Below, in pieces: positions 1 to 8,174 of a stretch of 64,000 nt of DNA. The position numbers and the translations under genes were made by a program. The notes under the pieces are model-generated. The model did no database searches. It was not told the DNA's origin and saw only the letters and a program-made list of their open reading frames with translations. Positions within the stretch are counted from its first letter, which is position 1. Each line of letters opens with the position of its first letter. The stretch comes from Acidimicrobiia bacterium (GTDB lineage Bacteria > Actinomycetota > Acidimicrobiia > Acidimicrobiales > SKKL01): NCBI GenBank assembly GCA_041676705.1, contig JBAYRL010000002.1:191993-255992 (forward strand). Direction: 5' to 3'.

Positions 1-1408
1 TGAACGCAAAAAACGACAGGTTCGCCTGCCGCCCCCGAGCCGCTACCGCCGCGGCTAACGCGTCCTCAACCGGATCCGCCAACTCACCATCGCCGGGTTC
101 GGGGGCTTTGGTGCCGAGCACCGCTTTCAGCGCGGTAGCAGAATCACCGGTTTGTGACGAGTGGGCTTCATCCACAATCACCGCATACGTGCGCTCCGGT
201 AGCTCGCCGATCTTGTCGGTAACAAACGGGAACTTCTGCAACGTTGTAATAACAATCCGGGCCTGTTCCCCCGCCAACGCGTCCGCCAACTGCTGGGAGT
301 TCTCATCGATGCGCACCACCACCCCGTGCGCATGCTCAAACTGATAAATAGTTTCCTGTAACTGGCGGTCAAGCACCCGCCGGTCGGTGATCACCACCAC
401 CTTGTCAAACACCCTGGCATCCGCCTCGTCATGCAGCGACGACAACCGGTGCGCCAACCACGCAATAGTGTTCGACTTCCCCGAACCCGCCGAATGCTGC
501 ACCAAACAATCCCGCCCCGCCCCCTGCTCGCGGGCCTCCGCGGTCAACGCCAGCACCGCGTCCCACTGGTGAAACCGCGGAAAGATCACCACCGGCTCCG
601 CCACAGTCCCCTTCTTCGCTGGCTTCACGTGCACGAACCGGTTCAATAAATCGAGCCAGGCGTCGCGCTGCCATACCCGCTCCCACAAATACGCCGTGCG
701 ATGCCCTGACGGGTTCGGTGGGTTCCCAGCGCCTAGGTCATGGCCCCGGTTGAACGGCAAAAACCGGGTGGCCTTACCCGCCAGACGGGTCGTCATCGCC
801 ACCCGTTCGGTGTCCACCGCGAAATGCACCACCGCCCGCCGCAACAACGAATTGTTCGGGTCCCGAGCGGTCCGGTACTGCTCAATCGCCTGATCCGCAC
901 CCTGGCCCGTTAACGGATTCTTCAACTCCGCCGTCGCCACCGGGACACCGTTCACAAACAAACACAAATCCAGGGTCTTCGTAGACCCCGCTTCGTACGG
1001 CAACTGCCGGGTCACCGTCAGACGGTTCTTGTGATAACGCTCCACCAACTCCGGAGTCAACCCCGACGCCGGCCGAAAAAACGCCAACCGAATCGTCACC
1101 CCCAAATCCACCACCCCATGCCGCAGCACATCCACCGTGCCCCGACTTTCCAACTCCTTAACTAACCGATCAGCAAACCCCCGCTGCGCCCGATCCGCAT
1201 CCCCATACAACGTCCGGAGCTGATCCCACGCCTCGCCCTGAGTAGCGCCAATGAACGCGAAAAGCTCCGCCGTATCCAAACCCCGCACCACATCAAAATC
1301 CGTCGGTACCCCCTGCGCCGTGCCGACCTTTACCGCGTCATAGCCACCGCGCTCAACAAGCCAGTCGCAAATGAACGCCTCAAACGCCGCCTCGTCCACG
1401 CCAGTCAT
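1..1408 (-). CDS. hsdR: Type I restriction endonuclease subunit R, N-terminal part (runs off the left window edge)
   Basis: Not in the ORF track; translated by hand from ATG at 1408, which overlaps the hsdS stop (ATGA): MTGVDEAAFEAFICDWLVERGGY... Nuclease motif LDLCLFVNGVPVATAELKNP, Walker A QHSAGSGKS, VVITDRRVLDRQL, IVDEAHSSQ. Confidence 0.95.
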   Translation of the reverse strand, partial: MTGVDEAAFEAFICDWLVERGGYDAVKVGTAQGVPTDFDVVRGLDTAELFAFIGATQGEAWDQLRTLYGDADRAQRGFADRLVKELESRGTVDVLRHGVVDLGVTIRLAFFRPASGLTPELVERYHKNRLTVTRQLPYEAGSTKTLDLCLFVNGVPVATAELKNPLTGQGADQAIEQYRTARDPNNSLLRRAVVHFAVDTERVAMTTRLAGKATRFLPFNRGHDLGAGNPPNPSGHRTAYLWERVWQRDAWLDLLNRFVHVKPAKKGTVAEPVVIFPRFHQWDAVLALTAEAREQGAGRDCLVQHSAGSGKSNTIAWLAHRLSSLHDEADARVFDKVVVITDRRVLDRQLQETIYQFEHAHGVVVRIDENSQQLADALAGEQARIVITTLQKFPFVTDKIGELPERTYAVIVDEAHSSQTGDSATALKAVLGTKAPEPGDGELADPVEDALAAAVAARGRQANLSFFAF

Positions 1409-2628
1409 GCTGCGGCCCCGGGGATTTCCAACTTGCCGGTAACCGCAGCCGTAATCAACGCCTGACGGTGCTCTTGTAGCAGTAGGAGTTGACGAGTTAA
1501 GGCATCTACCAGAAACTCGGTCGCTTTCCGCTCCGAGTCTGAATCGGCGACGATCCTTCTCTGAGCGGAAAGGGAAGGAAAGGGAACTACCGCTTCTTTG
1601 GCAATGTCCAAATTGATTCGGCTTCGAGTGGTCCCTCGTGCGGCAATAGCCACGCTGTGCATTCCTATCGGGGAGGAAAGAACGAGCGCCAAGAAGTGGG
1701 GGTCCGCCCGACTCTGATCCACCTCAGCGCAGTAGCAGTCCGCCTTTACGATGGCAGCCCCTAGATCGGGTGCGACGCAAGCTCGCCCTACATGATGTCG
1801 AGAATCACCTAGGCCGGCGATAACTAGGTCGCCAGGTCGGACCCTATGTCGAAGAAGCGTCTCGTAATGGGCAACTGGAATAAATGCCTTGTCCTCGTCC
1901 TTAAACTCGGCAAAACCAACGTTACCGAGCCGAACTACCCTTGCACCTTCCACGGAGTAGTGCCTTGAAGTAAGCGAACTCCCGAAGGGTCCGTCAGTGA
2001 TGCTCTTCAATCCCCGCCTAAGTGGGGCCAATGGGCCTCGCTCAGCGGTAATACGGGCAGCAACAGATTCCCAGAATCGCTCTTCGAGGAGGTCGATGAG
2101 GCGGCGTTTTTTGGTGATTAGGGCGTCGATGCGGGCGGTTTCGGTGTCGAGGTAGTCAGCAATCGCCCGCTGGTCCGCTAGCGATTTAACAGGGAAGGGA
2201 AGGTTTCCAACCTGCTCTGCATTGAGATTGTCTTGGGTGTTGGATCTCACAAGACCAGCCAATTCCGGACGAAGATGTTCGAGCCAGTAGCGCACGAACC
2301 GGTTATCTGAGAGACCTTCTCTGGCTTCTACGCCCAATAAGGCCTGGTTCCATACCGCCGACACACCCAACTCGGCGACGGCACCAACTGATGCATACAT
2401 GGCGAACAACAAAGTCCCAGGCGGAGCTACTACCAGCCGGCGGTCTCGCAATCCGGCGCCCGTCAACTCACGGTCCGTCCGCTCGACAACCGACCCGTCA
2501 GACATGTCGCTGATCGAGACCCACGGGGTCCCCTCACCCGGCTCAGCCCAAAATTCGGCACCGTCAACTGAAGGAGTGCCACCAGAGCGCAACCTAACCA
2601 TGCGCTTGAGACGCGTGGTGGAGATCAC
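1405..2628 (-). CDS. hsdS: Type I restriction-modification specificity subunit S
   Basis: 407 aa with two TRDs (SGGTPS..WVSISDM; ITDGPFGS..VRLGNV) separated by the conserved helix PSLADQRAIADYLDTETARIDALI; ends EHRQALITAAVTGKL. GTG start overlaps the hsdM stop. Confidence 0.95.
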   Translation of the reverse strand: MISTTRLKRMVRLRSGGTPSVDGAEFWAEPGEGTPWVSISDMSDGSVVERTDRELTGAGLRDRRLVVAPPGTLLFAMYASVGAVAELGVSAVWNQALLGVEAREGLSDNRFVRYWLEHLRPELAGLVRSNTQDNLNAEQVGNLPFPVKSLADQRAIADYLDTETARIDALITKKRRLIDLLEERFWESVAARITAERGPLAPLRRGLKSITDGPFGSSLTSRHYSVEGARVVRLGNVGFAEFKDEDKAFIPVAHYETLLRHRVRPGDLVIAGLGDSRHHVGRACVAPDLGAAIVKADCYCAEVDQSRADPHFLALVLSSPIGMHSVAIAARGTTRSRINLDIAKEAVVPFPSLSAQRRIVADSDSERKATEFLVDALTRQLLLLQEHRQALITAAVTGKLEIPGAAA

Positions 2629-4652
2629 TCTGTTACCTCTTTTAGGAGGGCTTGGATTTCGGTTTCGAGTTGTTTGATTTCTGCGTCGATTTCGTGGAGG
2701 GGTCGTGGTGGGGTGTAGGTGTAGAAGTGGCGGGTGAGGGGGATTTCGTAGCCGATTCGGGTTTTGGTGTGGTCGACCCAGGCGTCGGGGACGTAGGGGT
2801 GGACTTCTTCGGCCATGTAGTTGTTGATGGCGGTGCGGTATTCGATAGTGGCGAGTCGTGCGGTGGGGTCAGCCTCGAAAGCCACGGGGTTGGCCGGGAG
2901 GGGTACGTTTTCGTTGTCCCGTAAATCAGGGTCGGGAAGTGGTTGGTCTTTGGTGTCGGTGACGGGTTCGGCGTTGGGGTCCCGGATGGCGAGGGCGTCG
3001 AGGATGGCGGTGCGTAGCGGTTTGCCTTTTAGTCCGAGTTCGGCCATTAGCGCTGTAACGCGTTTTTCGGCGATGGCCGGGTCAGCGATGGGGTCGTTTC
3101 GCCATTGTTCGATTCCGGTGCGTAACGCGGCCTGAGTGGTTTCGTCGAGTTTGGTGATTCTGCGGTCGCTGTTGAGGGTGGTGAGGGTGTCGTCGGTGGC
3201 TTCCCAGCGGACTCGTAGGGGGCGTTCGACGGTGATGCGGAGGAACCCAAATGCTTCGTTTGGGAAGGTTTTGACTCTGACTCCGGAGGGATGGTCGGCG
3301 TCGGTGTTTTGGCCGTAGGCGCGGACGATGTCGGCGATTTGGGGGTCGCTGATCTGGTTGCGTTTCGCGCCGAGGCTTTTACGCATTTTGGTGAACATGT
3401 TGCGGGCATCGATCAGCTGGACGGTGCCGCGACGTTCGGGGCTTTTGCGGTTGGTGACGATCCAGAAGTAAGTGGAGATCCCGGTGTTGTAAAAGAGTTG
3501 GTCGGGGAGGGCGACGACGGATTCGAGCCAGTCGCTCTCGATGATCCACCGGCGAATCTCGGACTCACCCGAACCCGCAGCACCGGTGAATAAGGGGGAT
3601 CCGTTGAACACGATCGCCACCCGCGAACCGCCTTGTTCGGCGGGTTTCATCTTGGCGATCATGTGCTGCAAAAACAGGAAACTACCATCGTTAATCCGGG
3701 GCAGCCCAGCCCCGAACCGGCCGGCGAACCCTTGCGATTCGTGCTCGTCACGGACCGTGTCAGCAACCTTTTTCCACTCAACCCCGAACGGCGGGTTCGC
3801 AATGGCGTAGTCCACCTGCAGTCCGGGGTGGCCATCTTCTGAGAAGCTGTTGCCGTAGGCAATGTTGGTGGCGTCTTGGCCTTTTAGCATCATGTCGGAA
3901 CGGCAGATGGCGTAGGTCTCAGCGTTGAGTTCTTGCCCATACACATGCAGCCGTGCGCTCGGGTTGTGTTCACGGAGATAGTCCTCAGCCACCGACAGCA
4001 TCCCGCCGGTGCCACACGCCGGATCGAGCAGAGTCTTTGAGATGCCGGGTTTGGTGAGCAGGTCTTCGTCTTCGATAAACAACAGGCTCACCATGAGCCG
4101 AATCACTTCACGGGGGGTGAAGTGCTCGCCTGCGGTTTCGTTCGACAGCTCGGAGAACCGGCGGATCAACTCCTCATACAGATAACCCATCTCAAGGTTC
4201 GACACCGCATCTGGGTGCAGGTCAACCTCAGCGAATTTTGAGACCACCAGATACAGCAGGTTGGATCGTTCGAGGCGAGCGATCTGGGTGTCGAACCCGA
4301 ACTTTTCAATCACGTCCCGGGCGCCGGGGGAGAAACTGGCGATGTAGTGGCGGAGGTTGTCAGCCAGATCATCCGGGGCGGCTATCAGCTTGGCGAAATC
4401 GTATCGGGAGGTGTTGTAGAACTGCTGACCCGCCGCCGCCTCCAACAACTCCGGGCGGTCCCCGTATTTAGCGGCTCGTTCAAGCACCTGGTCTTTGGTG
4501 GGCTCCAGCACACAGTCCAAGCGGCGAAGCACCGTGAGCGGCAAAATCACCCGGCCGTACTCAGACTGCTTGTAATCACCCCGCAACAGGTCAGCCACCG
4601 ACCAAATAAACGCGGCGTGGTTATTGATTATCGGACTGCTTGTCTGTGCCAA
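2625..4652 (-). CDS. hsdM: Type I restriction-modification methyltransferase subunit M (m6A)
   Basis: AFIWSVADLLRGDYK N-terminus, GEHFTPRE, motif I LDPACGTGGML, motif IV IANPPFG. TTG start with GGAG about 8 nt upstream. Confidence 0.96.
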   Translation of the reverse strand: MAQTSSPIINNHAAFIWSVADLLRGDYKQSEYGRVILPLTVLRRLDCVLEPTKDQVLERAAKYGDRPELLEAAAGQQFYNTSRYDFAKLIAAPDDLADNLRHYIASFSPGARDVIEKFGFDTQIARLERSNLLYLVVSKFAEVDLHPDAVSNLEMGYLYEELIRRFSELSNETAGEHFTPREVIRLMVSLLFIEDEDLLTKPGISKTLLDPACGTGGMLSVAEDYLREHNPSARLHVYGQELNAETYAICRSDMMLKGQDATNIAYGNSFSEDGHPGLQVDYAIANPPFGVEWKKVADTVRDEHESQGFAGRFGAGLPRINDGSFLFLQHMIAKMKPAEQGGSRVAIVFNGSPLFTGAAGSGESEIRRWIIESDWLESVVALPDQLFYNTGISTYFWIVTNRKSPERRGTVQLIDARNMFTKMRKSLGAKRNQISDPQIADIVRAYGQNTDADHPSGVRVKTFPNEAFGFLRITVERPLRVRWEATDDTLTTLNSDRRITKLDETTQAALRTGIEQWRNDPIADPAIAEKRVTALMAELGLKGKPLRTAILDALAIRDPNAEPVTDTKDQPLPDPDLRDNENVPLPANPVAFEADPTARLATIEYRTAINNYMAEEVHPYVPDAWVDHTKTRIGYEIPLTRHFYTYTPPRPLHEIDAEIKQLETEIQALLKEVTE

Positions 4653-4737
4653 CTCGACCGCTCCGTGATGTTCTCATGAGGATCCCATGTTCGCACTCCA
4701 CCATCAACTTTGCTGGCTCCACTCAACGCATCGGCGG

Positions 4738-6240
4738 TTAGGCGACGGCTCGTAGTCGGCGGCGGCTTATCAGCTTGTGTTCGTGTTGAGCGCAGGCGGT
4801 GTGCTGGGCGACATGGACATCCCAGGCCACCGCGTTGTTCAACAACACCGCCCCGACCAGGTCGAGGAGGAAATGGCTGGGGTTGAGACTTGAGGCCCGT
4901 TCCCGTGGCAGCATGGCTTTCAACCACGAAAACACGGATTCGGAATCGCTTCGGAGCCCTTCGACCCGGTCCGAGTATGGGGTGGACTCGTTAACTGGGC
5001 GGACCCAGTCCGCCAGCGCGAACGGTTCCTTTCTTTGGTTTCGGCCTTTGCGGTCCGCCGCGAAGTCAATCTCAACATCTAAAGCCCCAGCCGAGCAGGG
5101 GACCCTGAGCCGGCCGATCGGATGCCACCCATCGATCCGGTGCTCCCACCGCAGATCCACACACTCAACATAGGTTGCGTTAATCGATGGCTGGTCACCA
5201 GGGATGACCGCGACGACCGCTCCGTCCATGGCCCAAAGCTCATGCACACAAGCCCGGGACCCCACCTGGTGGGTAACCAGTTGGAGCTGGTGGATTTTGA
5301 GTCGGGCTTTGGGGGCAGTTTTGTCTGCTGAACGCCGACGCGCTCCTTTACCTTTCCGTTTTTCTCGTACCCCAGCGCTGCTGTAGCCGGCCCGTTGCAG
5401 CTCCACTGGAAGATTCACATGCGCATGGTTTTTGGCTGCTTCTGGCATAGCCACCACCGGGAGCACTCCGGTTTTCATTAACCGGCGAATGTGGGAACCG
5501 GACATCAGCCGGTCATACACCACATGAGACACCCCTCCGCCAGCCTGGGCGATGATCTGGTCAAACAGCCCAAGGGACGCCCCGATCTCGTTGGCGTCAC
5601 GAAATAGCTGGAGTCCAAGGATTACTCGCTGCCAGCGTTGGCGGCCATGGCAGCCAACCATCGCGATCGGCAAACCGGTTTGCTCCCTCGGCCCGCCCTT
5701 GCCCTCAAAACGATGCGCTAACCGAGGACTACGCACCGCCCGGGACCCCTGCACCTCTCCGTTGTGGTCAACGGAAACATCCGACAGTGCTGTAAATACT
5801 GTGCCATCCCCATAGATCACCCGTCCCGGGGCGGGTCGATGCCACGGCGAGCTAACCGCCGGGTCCAGCAGCCCCATCGACTGGGCCAGTGGCACTGCCA
5901 CCTCAGCCACCGCCTCCGCTAACGCATCAGCAAACCCCTCCCCGGTGGCTTCCCGAAGATGGCGCAGCTTGTCAAAAGTTGGAGGAGCAACCGAAAGCTC
6001 ACGCCCAACACGGGCTGCGGATTCACGCAAATAATCCCAAACCGGGGTAGCCATGAAAGTGGAGCTACACGTATTGGCTGAACCAATCGCCCAGCGACCC
6101 GCCAAAAACACCAGCATCGACACCCACTCCGCCCGAGACCCCCGGCCATCCTGCAGGAAGTCGCTGAATACATCTGCTAGCTCTTCGAGGCCGGGCATGG
6201 CCGCTACTGCTTCCAGATCGGAGAACGGATTCCGGTCCAT
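4738..6240 (-). mobile_element. Divergent DDE transposase-like protein (IS4/IS5/IS1182-like superfamily); element ends not identified
   Basis: 500 aa. Candidate catalytic residues: D1 in VIYGDGTVF, D2 in HVVYDRLM, E in GLRSDSESVFSWLK (R-x3-E-x2-F-x2-LK signature), followed by RERASSL..LDLVGAVLLNNA. No TIRs found by eye. Confidence 0.65.
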
Positions 6241-6249
6241 CAGATCAAC

Positions 6250-6282
6250 CTCCAGACGAGACGCCCCATGCGTCTCCTGGAG
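6250..6282 (-). promoter_or_regulatory. Hairpin sequestering the Shine-Dalgarno of the transposase-like gene
   Basis: CTCCAG (6250-55) pairs with CTGGAG (6277-82); GAGACGC (6258-64) pairs with GCGTCTC (6270-76). The minus-strand GGAGG at 6253-6249 lies mostly in the stem, 8 nt before the ATG at 6240. Confidence 0.6.
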
Positions 6283-6579
6283 AAAGGTCCGAAATCACCC
6301 GCCCGCCGCAATCCCCACCGGGGCGTACCACAATAAGACCCCATCTGTTCCCACAATAAATGTCCGCTGAACCCATCCCGGTGGCGAGTTGTGGCTCGTC
6401 TGGTGCTTGGACGCGGGCTCTCCCAAAGCAGTTTGTGCGGCGAGCGCTAAAGAGGAATTTCGTAATGGTGGTTTCTGTCGGCACTGAATGACGGCCGGTA
6501 AACCAGCAAACCTTGCCGTTTCAGACGGCGTTCCTGTGCAGCGATCTGTACCTCGGTCACTTCGATGTGGATATGTCAG

Positions 6580-6946
6580 TGTTCTCCGAAGAGACCCGAT
6601 CCGTCCGGCGCAGCAACGTGGTGCAGTTCGAGAAGTTCTGCGAAAAGCTCAAGTGGGCCATCCAGGTGTACCGGATCAGAGCCGTCGCCAACCGTGGCCC
6701 TGCCTTGGTAGCCATGGGCGACGGCAAACTCAAAGCCGTCACCGCCGAGCTAATGCTGAAGTTTCGCGAGAACGTAGCCATCGACTGGAACAGCAAGCAA
6801 TCCGCCCAAGCTGGCATCCGGGCCACCGCAAAGACCCTCCTCGCTCGGCACGGCTACCCTCCGGGCTACAGCGACGAAGCCATCGAACCGTCCTCAAACA
6901 GAGCGAAGTATTCGCTGAAACGTGGACACAGGAAACAGCCGCATAG
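6580..6946 (+). pseudogene. Relic of a second type I HsdR C-terminal domain (DUF3387-like)
   Basis: RRSNVVQ..KLKWAIQVYRIRAV / MGDGKLKAVTAEL..RENVAIDW..QSAQAGIR..KTLLARHGYPP resembles the DUF3387 consensus. About 40 aa are missing internally, and a frameshift near 6888 leads into VLKQSEVFAETWTQETAA* (stop 6946). Start of homology is approximate. Confidence 0.75.
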
Positions 6947-7012
6947 CAGGCCGGATGTAGCCGTGAAATAAAGTCCCATGTGGCTGTCAGCGAGGTCGAG
7001 GACAATACAGAC

Positions 7013-7385
7013 ATGACTGACCCCCGCTTCCTCAGACGACGAGCTTTGGGCTCGCCAAGTTGGCCCAGCTCTCAACGAAGCCAACACCGCCGAACTTCTT
7101 GGGCAGACAGTGACCGAGACCGCCACAGACCCGGGCTTGCTCCGTATTCGCAGCAGCGAGGGGCAGCACGTCTACCCAATCTTCCAATTCGATAGTGCTC
7201 ACCCACTCCCCGGACTGGCTAAGACCCTCGAGATCCTGCGACAGGCAACCTCCGACGTCGGGGTGCTCGCGTGGCTCACAGGTATCCATCCGCACCTCGA
7301 GGGCACACCCGTCGATGCCCTCCGCGCCGGCGACATAGACACAGTACTCGCTCTGGCCACCCGTTTCGCCAACCACAACAGATAG
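7013..7385 (+). pseudogene. Antitoxin-like (Xre/MbcA/ParS- or Rv2175c-like) protein, apparently frameshifted near its start
   Basis: ATG at 7013 is out of frame by one C in the CCCCC run (7021-25). Removing one C gives MTDPASSDDELWARQVGPALNEANTAELLG..LLRIR..HVYPIFQFD..PLPGL..VLAWLTG.HPHLEGTPVDALRAGDIDTVLALA. Confidence 0.5.
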
Positions 7386-7571
7386 CGAACACTTCAGGTC
7401 GGGCTACGAGCTAACCGACTCCAACCCGGCTCCACAGGATGTGCAAACTCGGACGAGTTCGTGTGCAAGCCATCTTCGCCTGACATGCCAAGAAGCCGCT
7501 CGACCTACACAGACGCGAATTGAGGGAACACGCCCACCAATATCGTCAACCACGTGATCCAGAGAGCCGAA

Positions 7572-7910
7572 TTACACCACCAAATACCGCCCCCGCTCCG
7601 GACGGGTCACTGCCCCCCGCCCAAGCAAGTAGTTCAATGTGGCAGTAACCAAACGAAGATCCTCAGTCCGCCCCGAAGCTGTTAACCGCCCCAGGATTTC
7701 GGTCGGAGACAACGTCAGACCCGAGTCCCGTAAAACCGCGACAATCGCATCGGACCTAGACATCGCAACAACGTCCTGAACCAGAGGTTCACCGGATCGA
7801 AGGAAAGCCAGCTCCGCCTCGATCCCCCGACATCGCGCCATCACTTCCCGAGCTAAACGCTGCTGCTCAGCAAGATCCCGTTCCAGTTCCCTAATCCGAC
7901 GCTTAGCCAC
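7572..7910 (-). CDS. Small coiled-coil + winged-helix DNA-binding protein
   Basis: GTG start at 7910 preferred: MAKRRIRELERDLAEQQRLAREV.. (coiled coil) then SRSDAIVAVLRDSGLTLSPTEIL..VTATLNYLLGRGAVTRPERGRY (wHTH). An extended -10 lies 6 nt upstream. Confidence 0.7.
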   Translation of the reverse strand: MAKRRIRELERDLAEQQRLAREVMARCRGIEAELAFLRSGEPLVQDVVAMSRSDAIVAVLRDSGLTLSPTEILGRLTASGRTEDLRLVTATLNYLLGRGAVTRPERGRYLVV

Positions 7911-7916
7911 GCCAGC

Positions 7917-7974
7917 AGCATAACAGACATTAAAGACAAAGAGACAAACAAAGGACAAAGGTTGTCTTTGTCTT
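7917..7974 (-). promoter_or_regulatory. Leaderless promoter (extended -10 TGTTATGCT) with GACAA(AG) direct/inverted repeat operator array
   Basis: Minus-strand TG-T-TATGCT at 7925-7917. AAGACAAAG (7933-41) is inverted as CTTTGTCTT (7966-74); also AGACAA (7942-47), GGACAAAG (7953-60) and TTGTCT (7962-67). Confidence 0.6.
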
Positions 7975-8081
7975 CACTCAAGCGAAGCGCGAGTAAACTA
8001 CAACACCAACTCAGATGCCGCCTACGATTACCTGGCGCGACTTCACGCCGAACAATACGCTGAGGTAACCGCGGAAGTCCC

Positions 8082-8154
8082 GCCCTCGTAGCTCAGTGGA
8101 TAGAGCACTTCTCTCCTAAAGAAGGGGCCGTAGGTTCGATTCCTACCGGGGGCA
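8082..8154 (+). tRNA. tRNA-Arg (anticodon CCT), CCA not encoded
   Basis: Acceptor GCCCTCG/CGGGGGC, D-arm GCTC/GAGC, anticodon arm CTTCT-CT CCT AA-AGAAG, T-arm GTAGG-TTCGATT-CCTAC. Confidence 0.97.
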
Positions 8155-8174
8155 CTTTTTCAACTTGTTAGGCT

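Noticed and set aside
1405-2628. Phase-variable hsdS (inversion or simple-sequence repeat)
   Set aside because: No second hsdS, recombinase, long inverted repeats or tandem repeat tract seen in the window.
6245-6484. 79-aa minus-strand ORF upstream of the transposase-like gene
   Set aside because: No recognisable motif; it runs through the RBS hairpin and repeats. Treated as non-coding leader.
4708-6509. TTTGCTGG (4708-15) / CCAGCAAA (6502-09) as transposon TIRs
   Set aside because: Only 8 bp, does not extend, and no flanking target-site duplication; consistent with chance.
7924-8091. Open frame (..SEARVNYNTNSDAAYDYLARLHAEQYAEVTAEVPPS*) ending inside the tRNA 5' end, considered as an integrase C-terminal relic
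   Set aside because: No start codon and no recognisable tyrosine- or serine-recombinase motif; cannot be supported without a search.
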